Source: a bacterium
Lineage (GTDB): Bacteria; Sysuimicrobiota; Sysuimicrobiia; Sysuimicrobiales; Kaftiobacteriaceae
Direction of reading: 5' to 3'
Assembly: GCA_044868695.1 (NCBI GenBank)
Contig: JBIOWP010000003.1
Location: 1-10,706, forward strand
Length of the DNA: 10,706 nucleotides
The position numbers and the translations under genes are program-made. The notes under the pieces were generated by a model. That model searched no databases and had not been told where the DNA came from. It saw only the letters and a program-made list of their open reading frames with translations. The first letter of the stretch is position 1. Every line of letters starts with the position of its first letter. Below, piece by piece: positions 1 through 7,643 of the stretch.

Positions 1-1416
1 GGCCCGCTGCGCGTCCGGGATTGCGCCCAGGTGCTCGAAGGCTGCCCGCGCCGCTTCCAATTCCATTGTTGCATTCTCGATGTCCCCCTCCGCACGATAG
101 GCTTCGCCTAGCCGCATGCGGGCCTTCGCCGCTTCGTAGGGCGCATCGATTTCTTGCCACAGGGGCACGCTCCGCTTCAGATGCCGTCTCGCCGACCCCG
201 GATCGCCGACGGCCAGGTCTACAGCGGCCCGAGAGTACGACGCACTACCTTCGAGCGCAGGCGTCCCATACGACCGAGCGATCTCTTCGAGCTCCGCAGC
301 AGCGGTCTGCGCCGCTGCGTGGTCACCCGCGGCAATGGTGATGTCGACTTGCGCGGGCAGTAACCTGGCTCGATGCAGGCGATCATGCGCTTCATCCACA
401 AGGGCGCTGTTGATCAACGTCAGTGCGATATCTGGTTTCCCCTGCATCAAGCGGAGCAAGGCCAGGCCGGGTTGCGGCGAGCGTCCAAGTTCATGAGCCT
501 GCCGGAACGCCTCCTCCGCTGCCGGGAGGTCGCCCATGCGAAGACGGATCTCCCCGATCTCATAGAGTGCTGCCGCCGAATAACCGACGTTGAACTCCCG
601 GAGCTCCTCACACGCGCGGCGGGCTTCTCGTTCGGCCTCTGCCCAGGCCCCACGGAGGCGAATGATCTCGGCACGATACACTCTGCACATCCCGGGGAAC
701 CCGGCGATGGCCTGGCGCTCGCACCAGCGCTTGGCTGCCTCAGTCCACTCCCCTGCCCGCCGGTAGTCGGCCAATCCCTCACATGCCATGATTGTGTTGC
801 AGTAGATCACAGCAGTGACCCAGGCGGTCAATTCCCCGGCGACCGCCGCCACGGTCGCTTCATCCATCATCGCCGTCCCCTCGGCGACACGACCCATTCT
901 TGCGAGAATCCTCCCCCGATCGTGTAGTCCGAGAGCCATGAGGTCTCGGTGCCCCAGGCGCGTGGCCATGTCAAGCGTCTGTTGAGCGTATGCGAGGGCG
1001 GTTTCTGAATCATGGAGCCCCTCGAATGCGATGACCGCTCGAGTTCTCGTAAACCAGGCTCGTTCCACGCATTCTGGTTCATCTTCGAGCAGACGCTCCG
1101 CGCGGTTCAGCCACGCTTGGGCGACAGCCTGTTCGCGCTTACTGAAGTAATCCCTGACCAATTCGGTGGCGACGTAGCCGGCGCGGCGCCGGTTTCCGGC
1201 ATCGAGATAAGCCCTGTAGGCGCGTTCTCTCGCTTCAATACAGGCAGTCAGACGGCCGGTCCACCAGGCTGCTTCCGCCAGATGCTCCAAGTCTTCCGGG
1301 GGGAGCGCCTCTTCGTGATCAGCAGTGCGGAGAAGATCGAATCCCTCTTTCCACGCGTGCCGGCCAATCGCTTCGCGACCGGACTGCAGTAGTTTGTCGG
1401 CGGCGCCTTTGCTCAT
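1..1416 (-). CDS. Large alpha-helical (TPR-like) regulatory/signalling protein of the type usually ending in a LuxR HTH or adenylate/guanylate cyclase domain; 3' end lies outside the window
   Basis: Not in the ORF track, probably because it has no stop inside the window. Hand translation of the minus frame is open for 472 codons from ATG 1416-1414 (in-frame TGA upstream at 1455-1453): MSKGAADKLLQSGREAIGRHAWKEGFDLL...LEHLAEAAWWTG...MMDEATVAAVAGEL...IYCNTIMACEGLADYRRAGEWTEAAKRWC...GFPGMCRVYRAEIIRLRGAWAEAE...ALYEIGEIRLRMGDLPAAEEAFRQAHELGRSPQPGLALLRLMQG...WQEIDAPYEAAKAR...LEAARAAFEHLGA. PQPGLALLRL, APYEAA and AF.xLGA are motifs I recognise from the helical region of LuxR-type/cyclase-fused regulators. 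Confidence 0.85.
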   Translation of the reverse strand, partial: MSKGAADKLLQSGREAIGRHAWKEGFDLLRTADHEEALPPEDLEHLAEAAWWTGRLTACIEARERAYRAYLDAGNRRRAGYVATELVRDYFSKREQAVAQAWLNRAERLLEDEPECVERAWFTRTRAVIAFEGLHDSETALAYAQQTLDMATRLGHRDLMALGLHDRGRILARMGRVAEGTAMMDEATVAAVAGELTAWVTAVIYCNTIMACEGLADYRRAGEWTEAAKRWCERQAIAGFPGMCRVYRAEIIRLRGAWAEAEREARRACEELREFNVGYSAAALYEIGEIRLRMGDLPAAEEAFRQAHELGRSPQPGLALLRLMQGKPDIALTLINSALVDEAHDRLHRARLLPAQVDITIAAGDHAAAQTAAAELEEIARSYGTPALEGSASYSRAAVDLAVGDPGSARRHLKRSVPLWQEIDAPYEAAKARMRLGEAYRAEGDIENATMELEAARAAFEHLGAIPDAQRA

Positions 1417-1460
1417 CACCGCCCCGGTTCCGCATACACCTCCAAGCCTCCTTCACGCAG

Positions 1461-1486
1461 CGGAATCGCCGGGCCGGGCGGTTCCG
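1461..1486 (-). terminator. GC-rich inverted repeat (hairpin) just after the cupin stop; possible terminator/attenuator or mRNA-stabilising structure
   Basis: CGGAATCGCC (1461-1470) / 6-nt loop / GGCGGTTCCG (1477-1486): 9 of 10 pairs complementary; begins 4 nt after the cupin TGA. No U-tract on either side, so a terminator role is uncertain. Confidence 0.4.
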
Positions 1487-1490
1487 TCGG

Positions 1491-1862
1491 TCATTGATCC
1501 TCCCACCTGCAGTTGAACGTGAGGAATCTAAGAGGTCCTGGCCCTGGGTTACGGTGAGCATGCCGGGTTCTGGGGCGGATGTAGACAAAGGTCCCGGGCC
1601 CGACGCGGTAGTGTTCCGCCCCAAGCTCAAGAGCCATCTCTCCCTCAAGGACGTAGTAGGCCTGCTCCATGGTGTCGTGGACCCCGTGCTCCTCTGCGAC
1701 GGTGAAGCTGCCGGGCGGATACTCCTGCACCATCAATCGGAGCCGCCGGCTTTCCACCGTATCCTTCGTGAACACGTAACGGATACGCCCGCCGTGATGA
1801 CCTTCCCGGCTCGGAGCCTCCACGAGAGGTACGTCTCGTTCGATGATGATCTCACGCGCCAT
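1491..1862 (-). CDS. Cupin-domain (Cupin_2-like) protein, 123 aa
   Basis: Cupin motif 1-like PPGS...HGVHDTMEQAYYVLEG and motif 2-like GTFVYIRPRTRHAHRN; typical monocupin size; starts 9 nt after the upstream stop with purine-rich GAGGTAGGGGA before the ATG. Confidence 0.88.
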   Translation of the reverse strand: MAREIIIERDVPLVEAPSREGHHGGRIRYVFTKDTVESRRLRLMVQEYPPGSFTVAEEHGVHDTMEQAYYVLEGEMALELGAEHYRVGPGTFVYIRPRTRHAHRNPGPGPLRFLTFNCRWEDQ

Positions 1863-1871
1863 GCGGGTCCC

Positions 1872-2609
1872 CTACCTCTTCCTGTTGTCGTCGACCGCAA
1901 AGCCCTGCCCGCGCAACCCCTCGATGATTGCGGCGATATTCGTCACGTCGCCACGCTCGAGCACCGGCTGGATCTTGGCGTGCTTCGCCTTTAGATCCGC
2001 GACTTGTTCCAGCACCCACTCCACCGCTTCAGATGGCACGACGACGACACCGTTGGTATCCGCTACGATGATGTCTCCGGGGCGCACCACAATACTGCCG
2101 CAGGCGATAGGGACGTTCACCTCACCGGGACCGTCGAGCGGCGGTGACGCCGTGGCTTGCGCGCGCGCAAACACGGGAAACCCCACGGCCTGCGCCTCCT
2201 CGGGATCACGCGCCGCGCCGTCGATAATCACTCCGGCAATCCGCCGCCGCTGCATCCCCTTGCTGACGTTGCCGCCCCATACCGCGAAGGCCCGTAGCCC
2301 CCACGCGTTTATGACGAGCACGTCCCCCGGTTGCGTCTGCTCCATCGCAAACTTGATGACATTGAACGCTCCCCGGGGAATCGCCACCGTGACCGCCGGT
2401 CCGGCGATTCTGCCGGTGAACGGGTACAGCGGCCGGATCGCCGGATCCAGCGTGTACGAACCCTGCATCGCGTCAGACAGATCCGGTGGGGCATAGCGCG
2501 CCAGCTTGGCGACCAGCTCCGCCGGTGGCCGGACCACTTCCGTGAACCCGCGGAAGCCCAGGTGCCTCCGCGGTGCGTCGCTGACTTCGCGCGTGTCTTG
2601 TCGCTCCAT
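1872..2609 (-). CDS. RraA-like / HMG-CHA aldolase family protein (~245 aa)
   Basis: LSDAM, GPAVTV, PGDVLVI, AVWGG, IDGAARD, GFPVFAR, VRPGDIIVADTNGVVVVP are RraA-family hallmarks. Start moved from 2705 to ATG 2609 (alternative 2615) because SD GGGAGGAG lies at 2626-2619 and the longer ORF overlaps the creatininase gene. Confidence 0.9.
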   Translation of the reverse strand: MERQDTREVSDAPRRHLGFRGFTEVVRPPAELVAKLARYAPPDLSDAMQGSYTLDPAIRPLYPFTGRIAGPAVTVAIPRGAFNVIKFAMEQTQPGDVLVINAWGLRAFAVWGGNVSKGMQRRRIAGVIIDGAARDPEEAQAVGFPVFARAQATASPPLDGPGEVNVPIACGSIVVRPGDIIVADTNGVVVVPSEAVEWVLEQVADLKAKHAKIQPVLERGDVTNIAAIIEGLRGQGFAVDDNRKR

Positions 2610-2634
2610 TGCCATGTGCTCCTCCCGGGTGCGC

Positions 2635-3420
2635 TTAGCCGACCGGCACCCACGGATCAACGGTTTTGAACCACTGCATGAACTCGACGCAAAACTTGAC
2701 CGCATAGTCCAGCATCGCCTGGCCGCGGTCCTCTCGTGCGCCCGATGGGTCGGACAGGCTTCCGGTTTCGGGCGTCACGTCGCGCATGTCGAGCGGCACC
2801 GCCACCCGCACCCCTTGGAACATCAACCCGCCGAGCCCATCCGTGGGCAGTCCCAGCACCGGCTTCCGGCCGAACGCCCCCGCACGTCCCATCTGAACCT
2901 TTCCCGGCTGCAGCACCATCATCAGAGATCCCATGGGCTCCCCTCCGTGGCCGAGCTGGACGCCATCCCCGTACACCTGCTTCACAAACTGCGGATTCTG
3001 GATCACCTGCAGAGGTGACACGGAGGGGATGAGCAATCCGCGCTCTCGACGAATGCGCCTCGTCAAGAGTTCCAGAATGGGAGCGTTCCCAGCGTGGCCG
3101 TTGAAAATCACGATGCGGCGGAGCCCATGGCGCAACAGACAGTCGATGGTGTCTTCCACCACGGCGGCGAGCGTCTCGGGGCGCAGCGTGATCGTCCCTG
3201 GATAGTGTCGGAAGTACTCCGAGTACCCGAACGGCATGGTGGGCGCAACGAGATCTCCCGTCGCCTCTCCCGTCCGGCCGGCAATCGCGTCGATGGCGAC
3301 GTAATCGCCCATGGGAGCGTGGGGACCGTGCTCCTCAATCGAGCCAAGCGGAATGATTGCCGACACGCCCGTTCGAACGAGCTCATCGACCGCGGTCCAA
3401 CTCATCTCGCCTATTCGCAT
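2635..3420 (-). CDS. Creatininase-family (creatinine amidohydrolase / FAPy-deformylase-like) metallo-amidohydrolase, divergent
   Basis: [45 protein letters not shown], and C-terminal [12 protein letters not shown] motifs; SD AGGAGG at 3432-3427, 6 nt before ATG 3420. Confidence 0.9.
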   Translation of the reverse strand: MRIGEMSWTAVDELVRTGVSAIIPLGSIEEHGPHAPMGDYVAIDAIAGRTGEATGDLVAPTMPFGYSEYFRHYPGTITLRPETLAAVVEDTIDCLLRHGLRRIVIFNGHAGNAPILELLTRRIRRERGLLIPSVSPLQVIQNPQFVKQVYGDGVQLGHGGEPMGSLMMVLQPGKVQMGRAGAFGRKPVLGLPTDGLGGLMFQGVRVAVPLDMRDVTPETGSLSDPSGAREDRGQAMLDYAVKFCVEFMQWFKTVDPWVPVG

Positions 3421-3461
3421 CACTCGCCTCCTACTGCTTTCTACCCGTCCGCTTCCGACGC

Positions 3462-5060
3462 TCAGGACACATCAGCGATGCCGACCCCTCCACGAGGATC
3501 GCTGCCTCCGGCGAGCACCCCTTCGCGAAGCGTGATCGCCTGGTTGCATCCCATGTACGATGTGCGGACCGTCTCGTACCCGCGACGAGCCAGGTCGGTC
3601 ACCGTGGTGTCCGGGAATCCGGGCTCGAGGTAGAGGCGACCGTCCTGCTCACAGTGGAACCGCGGGGTGCTGACCGCCTGCTGCGGGTCCATGCCATGGA
3701 TGAATACGTTGAGGATCGTCTGGAACACGGCGCTGATCAGCCGGCTTCCCCCTGAGGAGCCGATTGCGAAGACAGGGCGCTCACCGTGAAACACAATCGT
3801 CGGACAGCCCCCTCCCACTCGCTTGCCCGGCACGATGGAATCGCGAAAACCAGGGCGCGGGTTGAAATGGCCAAGAAAATTGTTGTGGAGAAACCCAAGA
3901 CCCGGCGTCATCACCCCTGCCCCCGTCACCGATCCGATGGAGTGTGTAATCGCGACAATGGTTCCGCTTGTGTCGGCCGCAGTCACGTGCGTCGTATGCC
4001 CCGGGCCGCCGCTGTAGAGTCCATCGGCCGCGCGGGTGAGGTCAGCAGCCACTTCCTGAGCCCGGGATTTCGAGAGCAGCCGCTCCACCGGCACGCTCGC
4101 ATAGGCTGGGTCCGCCAGCACCCCGATGCCGTCGGCAAACGCACGGTTCGTCACCCGGGCCAGCAAGTCGACGTACGCCGGCGAGTTGAATCCCATGCTG
4201 TGGAGATCGAGGTCCTCCACCGAACGAAGCATCGCCATCAGGATTGCGCCGTGACTCGGCGGGGGACTGGCGTGAAACTCCAGGTCTCGCCAGCCCACAA
4301 CGATCGGCTGCTCCGTTCGGACCGCGTACCGCTGGAGGTCGGCGCGCGTGACACCCGTCTTGTGTGATTCGAAGTCGTCACCCATCTCACGTCCCACCCC
4401 GCCGCGGTAGAAATCATCGGCGCCGGCCTCCGCAATACGCCGCAGCGTTCTCGCGAGTTCAGGTTGGCGAAGCGTAGCGCCCAGGGCCGGAATCCGGCCT
4501 CCCGGCAAATACTGGGACGACGCCCGGGGGTCGCGTGAGAGCTTACGAAATACGTCCGGGTACCCCGGGCGGTCCGGGCCCTCAAACGTGTAGTACTGGG
4601 CGAGGTACGGATAGAGGGCAAACCCTTCGTCGGCCAGGGCGGCGGCGGGCGCGACCAGGTCGCTCCAGGAGACGCGCCCGCTGCCGAACCGGGCTGCAAG
4701 CTCACCCATCCCGGCAACGAACCCCGGCGTCATGATTGAGGCGTAGCCGAACTGGTTCGGGTCCCCTTCGACGAGGTACCGGCCGACGCGCTCGGACCGG
4801 CCGGTCAACCCAGAGATGAAGCGGCGGCCGTCACTCGCCGAGCCGATGGATACCGACGCATTGAGGTAGACACAGACGTCGTGCGCCGGCGAGTAGACCT
4901 GAATGAAGGCGAGCCCGCCGATCCCGCACCCCAGGGGATTCGTGACGCCCTGCGCGAATGCGGTGGCGACGGCCGCATCGACCGCGTTCCCGCCTTTCGC
5001 GAGCATCTGGCGCCCCGCCTCGACTGCGGGTGTCTCGGGACACACGACCATGCCGTTCAC
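3462..5060 (-). CDS. Gamma-glutamyltransferase-family Ntn hydrolase, cytoplasmic, 532 aa
   Basis: [25 protein letters not shown] autocleavage/nucleophile motif (Thr356, codon 3995-3993), [28 protein letters not shown] start with SD AGGAGG (5072-5067) overlapping the upstream TAG. No signal peptide. Confidence 0.93.
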   Translation of the reverse strand: MNGMVVCPETPAVEAGRQMLAKGGNAVDAAVATAFAQGVTNPLGCGIGGLAFIQVYSPAHDVCVYLNASVSIGSASDGRRFISGLTGRSERVGRYLVEGDPNQFGYASIMTPGFVAGMGELAARFGSGRVSWSDLVAPAAALADEGFALYPYLAQYYTFEGPDRPGYPDVFRKLSRDPRASSQYLPGGRIPALGATLRQPELARTLRRIAEAGADDFYRGGVGREMGDDFESHKTGVTRADLQRYAVRTEQPIVVGWRDLEFHASPPPSHGAILMAMLRSVEDLDLHSMGFNSPAYVDLLARVTNRAFADGIGVLADPAYASVPVERLLSKSRAQEVAADLTRAADGLYSGGPGHTTHVTAADTSGTIVAITHSIGSVTGAGVMTPGLGFLHNNFLGHFNPRPGFRDSIVPGKRVGGGCPTIVFHGERPVFAIGSSGGSRLISAVFQTILNVFIHGMDPQQAVSTPRFHCEQDGRLYLEPGFPDTTVTDLARRGYETVRTSYMGCNQAITLREGVLAGGSDPRGGVGIADVS

Positions 5061-5070
5061 GGTGAGCCTC

Positions 5071-5946
5071 CTATCGCCGCAGACGCGGGTCGAGGACGTC
5101 GCGCAGGACGTCCCCCAGGATATTCAGGGCAAGGACGACCACACCGATGGTCAGGCCTGGAAACACTGCGATCCACCATTGCGAACGCAAGTACTGCCGG
5201 CCCTCGGCGACCATCGTCCCCCACTCCGGGGTGGGCGGCTGCGCGCCGAGCCCAAGAAACCCAAGCGACGATCCGATGATGACCGCCACCGCGAACCCGA
5301 CCGTCGCAATGATGATCACCGGCTGGATGACGTTCGGCAGAATGTGGAGCCGCAGGATGCGGGTATCTCGGGCTCCCACCGCCCGTGCCGCCTCAATGTA
5401 CGTGTGTTCGCGCACCGTCAGGACTGCGGAGCGGACGACCCGAGTATAGGCCGGTGCCTCGCCGATACCCACCGCGATCATCGCGTTCACGAGGCCAGGG
5501 CCGAGGATGGCCACGACCACGAGCGCGAGGAGGATGCCGGGGAATGCCATGAGCACATCGAGCAACCGCATCACGACGGCCTCGAACCGTCCACGATAGT
5601 AGCCGGCCGCGATGCCCAGCGGAAGACTGACGGCGACAGACAGCGTGACAGACACAACACCCAGGCTCATCGACACACGGGCCCCATGGATGAGCCGGCT
5701 GAGGATGTCGCGACCATACTGGTCGGTTCCGAGCCAGTGCGAGGGACTGGGCGCCTGATAGATCGCGGCAGGCACAATCAGCGTGGGATCGTAGGGAGCC
5801 AGGAGGTGCGGCGCAATCACGGGCACGCTCACGAGCAGGCACACGCCGACACTCGCCCATCCAGCCGGGCTGAGCCGACGGAGCATGGCGATCCGCCGCG
5901 CGCCGGTGCGCTGGACGGGCTGAAACGGCAGATCCGCAGCGTCCAC
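5071..5946 (-). CDS. Peptide/nickel ABC transporter permease, DppC/OppC-like
   Basis: HWLGTDQYGRDILSRLIHGARVS, AFPGILLAL, EAA loop YIEAARAVGA...HILPN, LGFLGLGAQPPTPEWG, GDVLRDVLDPR. The ORF-track start at 6366 overlaps dppB; the likely start is GTG 5946 (alternative ATG 5886). Confidence 0.93.
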   Translation of the reverse strand: MDAADLPFQPVQRTGARRIAMLRRLSPAGWASVGVCLLVSVPVIAPHLLAPYDPTLIVPAAIYQAPSPSHWLGTDQYGRDILSRLIHGARVSMSLGVVSVTLSVAVSLPLGIAAGYYRGRFEAVVMRLLDVLMAFPGILLALVVVAILGPGLVNAMIAVGIGEAPAYTRVVRSAVLTVREHTYIEAARAVGARDTRILRLHILPNVIQPVIIIATVGFAVAVIIGSSLGFLGLGAQPPTPEWGTMVAEGRQYLRSQWWIAVFPGLTIGVVVLALNILGDVLRDVLDPRLRR

Positions 5947-5951
5947 AAACC

Positions 5952-6875
5952 CTAGGCGTAGTGGATCCTCGGATCGAGGAACCCGTAAGAGATATCGGCG
6001 AATAGATTCGTGAGGCTGTACGCAATCGCGACCACCAGCACGGCCCCCTGCACTTCTGGGAAGTCCTTCTGCAGGATGCCGTTCACCAATAACCGGCCGA
6101 TCCCATCGCGCGCAAACACCGTCTCGACAACGACCGCGCCACCCAGCAGCGTGCCGAACTGGATGCTCGCCACGGTGATGACCGGGATCAGAGCGTTGCG
6201 GAGGGCGTGCCGCACGAGTACCACTCGCTCTGCCAGCCCCTTGGCGCGAGCCGTGGTGACATAGTCCTGCCTGAGGATTTCCAGCATGCCGCTCCGGATG
6301 AGGCGGGCGAGAATGGCTCCCGCGTACCAGCCCAGGGCAATCGCGGGGAGGATGAGGTGTCGCCACGACCCCTGTCCGGTGATCGGAACCCAGTCAAGCT
6401 TGATGCTGAACAACCAGATCAGCAGGAGACCAGTGAAGAAACTCGGGAGTGAGATTCCGAGGAGCGCCAGGGAGGTCACACCGCCGTCGACCCATGAGTT
6501 GTGGTACGTGGCGGAGATGATCCCCAGAGCGGTGCCGCCCGCAGCCGCAAGGGCCATCGCCGCCACCGCGAGTTGCACGGTGAACGGGAGCGCCCGCGCA
6601 ATGTCTGCAGCGACCGGACGGTTAGTCTTCAGCGACCGCCCAAGATCGCCCCGCACGACACGGGTGATGTAGCTGGCGAACTGCTGCGCCAGCGGCCGGT
6701 CCAGGCCCAGCTGGCGGCGGACCTCCTCAACCTGCTCCTTGGGGACGGGAGCATCTCCGAACAGCACCTGGACAGGATCGCCCGGCACGAGATGGAGCAT
6801 GGTGAACACCATCACGAGTACGCCGGCGACGACGAGCGTGGACTGAAGGCCGCGGAGCAGCAGGTACCGTCCCAC
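5952..6875 (-). CDS. Peptide/nickel ABC transporter permease, DppB/OppB-like
   Basis: PGDP, LGLDRPL, GDLGRSL, HLILPAIALG, DYVTTARAKGL...HALRNALIP, LGGAVVVETVF, DFPEVQG, LDPRI. Start GTG 6875 (or TTG 6878); SD GAGGTGA overlaps the upstream stop. Confidence 0.95.
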   Translation of the reverse strand: MGRYLLLRGLQSTLVVAGVLVMVFTMLHLVPGDPVQVLFGDAPVPKEQVEEVRRQLGLDRPLAQQFASYITRVVRGDLGRSLKTNRPVAADIARALPFTVQLAVAAMALAAAGGTALGIISATYHNSWVDGGVTSLALLGISLPSFFTGLLLIWLFSIKLDWVPITGQGSWRHLILPAIALGWYAGAILARLIRSGMLEILRQDYVTTARAKGLAERVVLVRHALRNALIPVITVASIQFGTLLGGAVVVETVFARDGIGRLLVNGILQKDFPEVQGAVLVVAIAYSLTNLFADISYGFLDPRIHYA

Positions 6876-6878
6876 CAA

Positions 6879-7643
6879 TCACCTCTTCGCCTGCGCGGCC
6901 GGCTGAGCAAGTTCTGCGAGCGTCGCCTCGGTCGTCTCCACACGGCCGAACATCGCCGCAAAGGCCACCAGGCTGCTCTCCTGCAGGTATGGAGTCACGG
7001 CGGTGCCGGCGTCTTCCACGAGCAGCACGTGGTAGCCGCGGTCGCCGGCGTCCCGGGCCGTTGTCGCGACACAGCACTCCGTCGAGACGCCCGTGACGAC
7101 CAACGTCGTGACGCCGAGATTCCGCAGCACCTGATCCAGCGCCGTCGAGTTGAACGCGCCCATCGACGTCTTGTTGATCACCAGTTCGCCCTCGCGCGGC
7201 GCGATTTCATTGACGACCGCGTTCGCCCGGCTTCCCACCCGGACCAGAGGGCCGCGCGCCATCCGGGTCTTCAGGTCATCGTCAATCTGCCGTAAGAGGC
7301 CCAGTCCATCGCTGCGGTCCGGAAGGGCGAAGCCGATCGTGAGGTAGATGACGGGGCGGCCGGCGCTTCGGAAGAACTGCAGCAGCCGCGCAATGTTTGG
7401 GATGACCATCTGGCGCACGCGGCCGTAGTAGTATTCGGCCTGGGCGGCATGGTGCTGCTTCAGGTACGGGCCCACGCCCACGTCTGGATCGACGGACCCG
7501 TACTGCATATCCACCACCAGCAGCGCCGAGCGTGCGAGGTACAGCGCGAACTGCGGAAGCGGGAGCGGCCACTCCCGCAGCCGCTCCCGCCAGTCGGCCG
7601 CCAGTCCCCGTGTCAGGGCGTTGGGGGTCGGGGGCGTACTCAT
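6879..7643 (-). CDS. Isochorismatase-family cysteine hydrolase (amidase), 254 aa
   Basis: Asp-Lys-Cys triad motifs ALLVVDMQ, INKTSMGAFNST.LD..LR, VTGVSTECCVATTARDA.DRGY...VEDA. Confidence 0.93.
   Translation of the reverse strand: MSTPPTPNALTRGLAADWRERLREWPLPLPQFALYLARSALLVVDMQYGSVDPDVGVGPYLKQHHAAQAEYYYGRVRQMVIPNIARLLQFFRSAGRPVIYLTIGFALPDRSDGLGLLRQIDDDLKTRMARGPLVRVGSRANAVVNEIAPREGELVINKTSMGAFNSTALDQVLRNLGVTTLVVTGVSTECCVATTARDAGDRGYHVLLVEDAGTAVTPYLQESSLVAFAAMFGRVETTEATLAELAQPAAQAKR

Noticed and set aside
21..1392. Plus-strand ORFs 21..341, 154..363, 373..927, 1012..1392 and short minus ORFs 219..401, 447..782, 867..1082
   Set aside because: Antisense or alternate-frame shadows of the minus-strand gene 1416 to <1; no recognisable motifs.
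1416..1493. Selenocysteine read-through: cupin UGA followed by a hairpin and 24 open codons
   Set aside because: The cupin domain is complete before the UGA, there is no redox-motif context, the extension is Pro/Gly-rich, and I cannot match the hairpin to a bacterial SECIS.
2616..2705. N-terminal extension of the RraA-like ORF
   Set aside because: Overlaps the creatininase gene; a strong SD supports a start at 2609/2615.
2635..3420. Mycofactocin/RiPP peptidase (MftE) interpretation
   Set aside because: No radical SAM enzyme, RRE protein or credible precursor peptide in the window.
5947..6366. Long N-terminal extension of DppC in the ORF track (431 aa)
   Set aside because: Overlaps dppB in another frame and is low-complexity; typical DppC length fits a start near 5946.
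2635..7643. Assignment as a canonical creatinine degradation cluster (creatininase plus N-carbamoylsarcosine amidase)
   Set aside because: These enzymes belong to different creatinine routes; no creatinase, hydantoinase or sarcosine oxidase is present, and the creatininase motifs are divergent.
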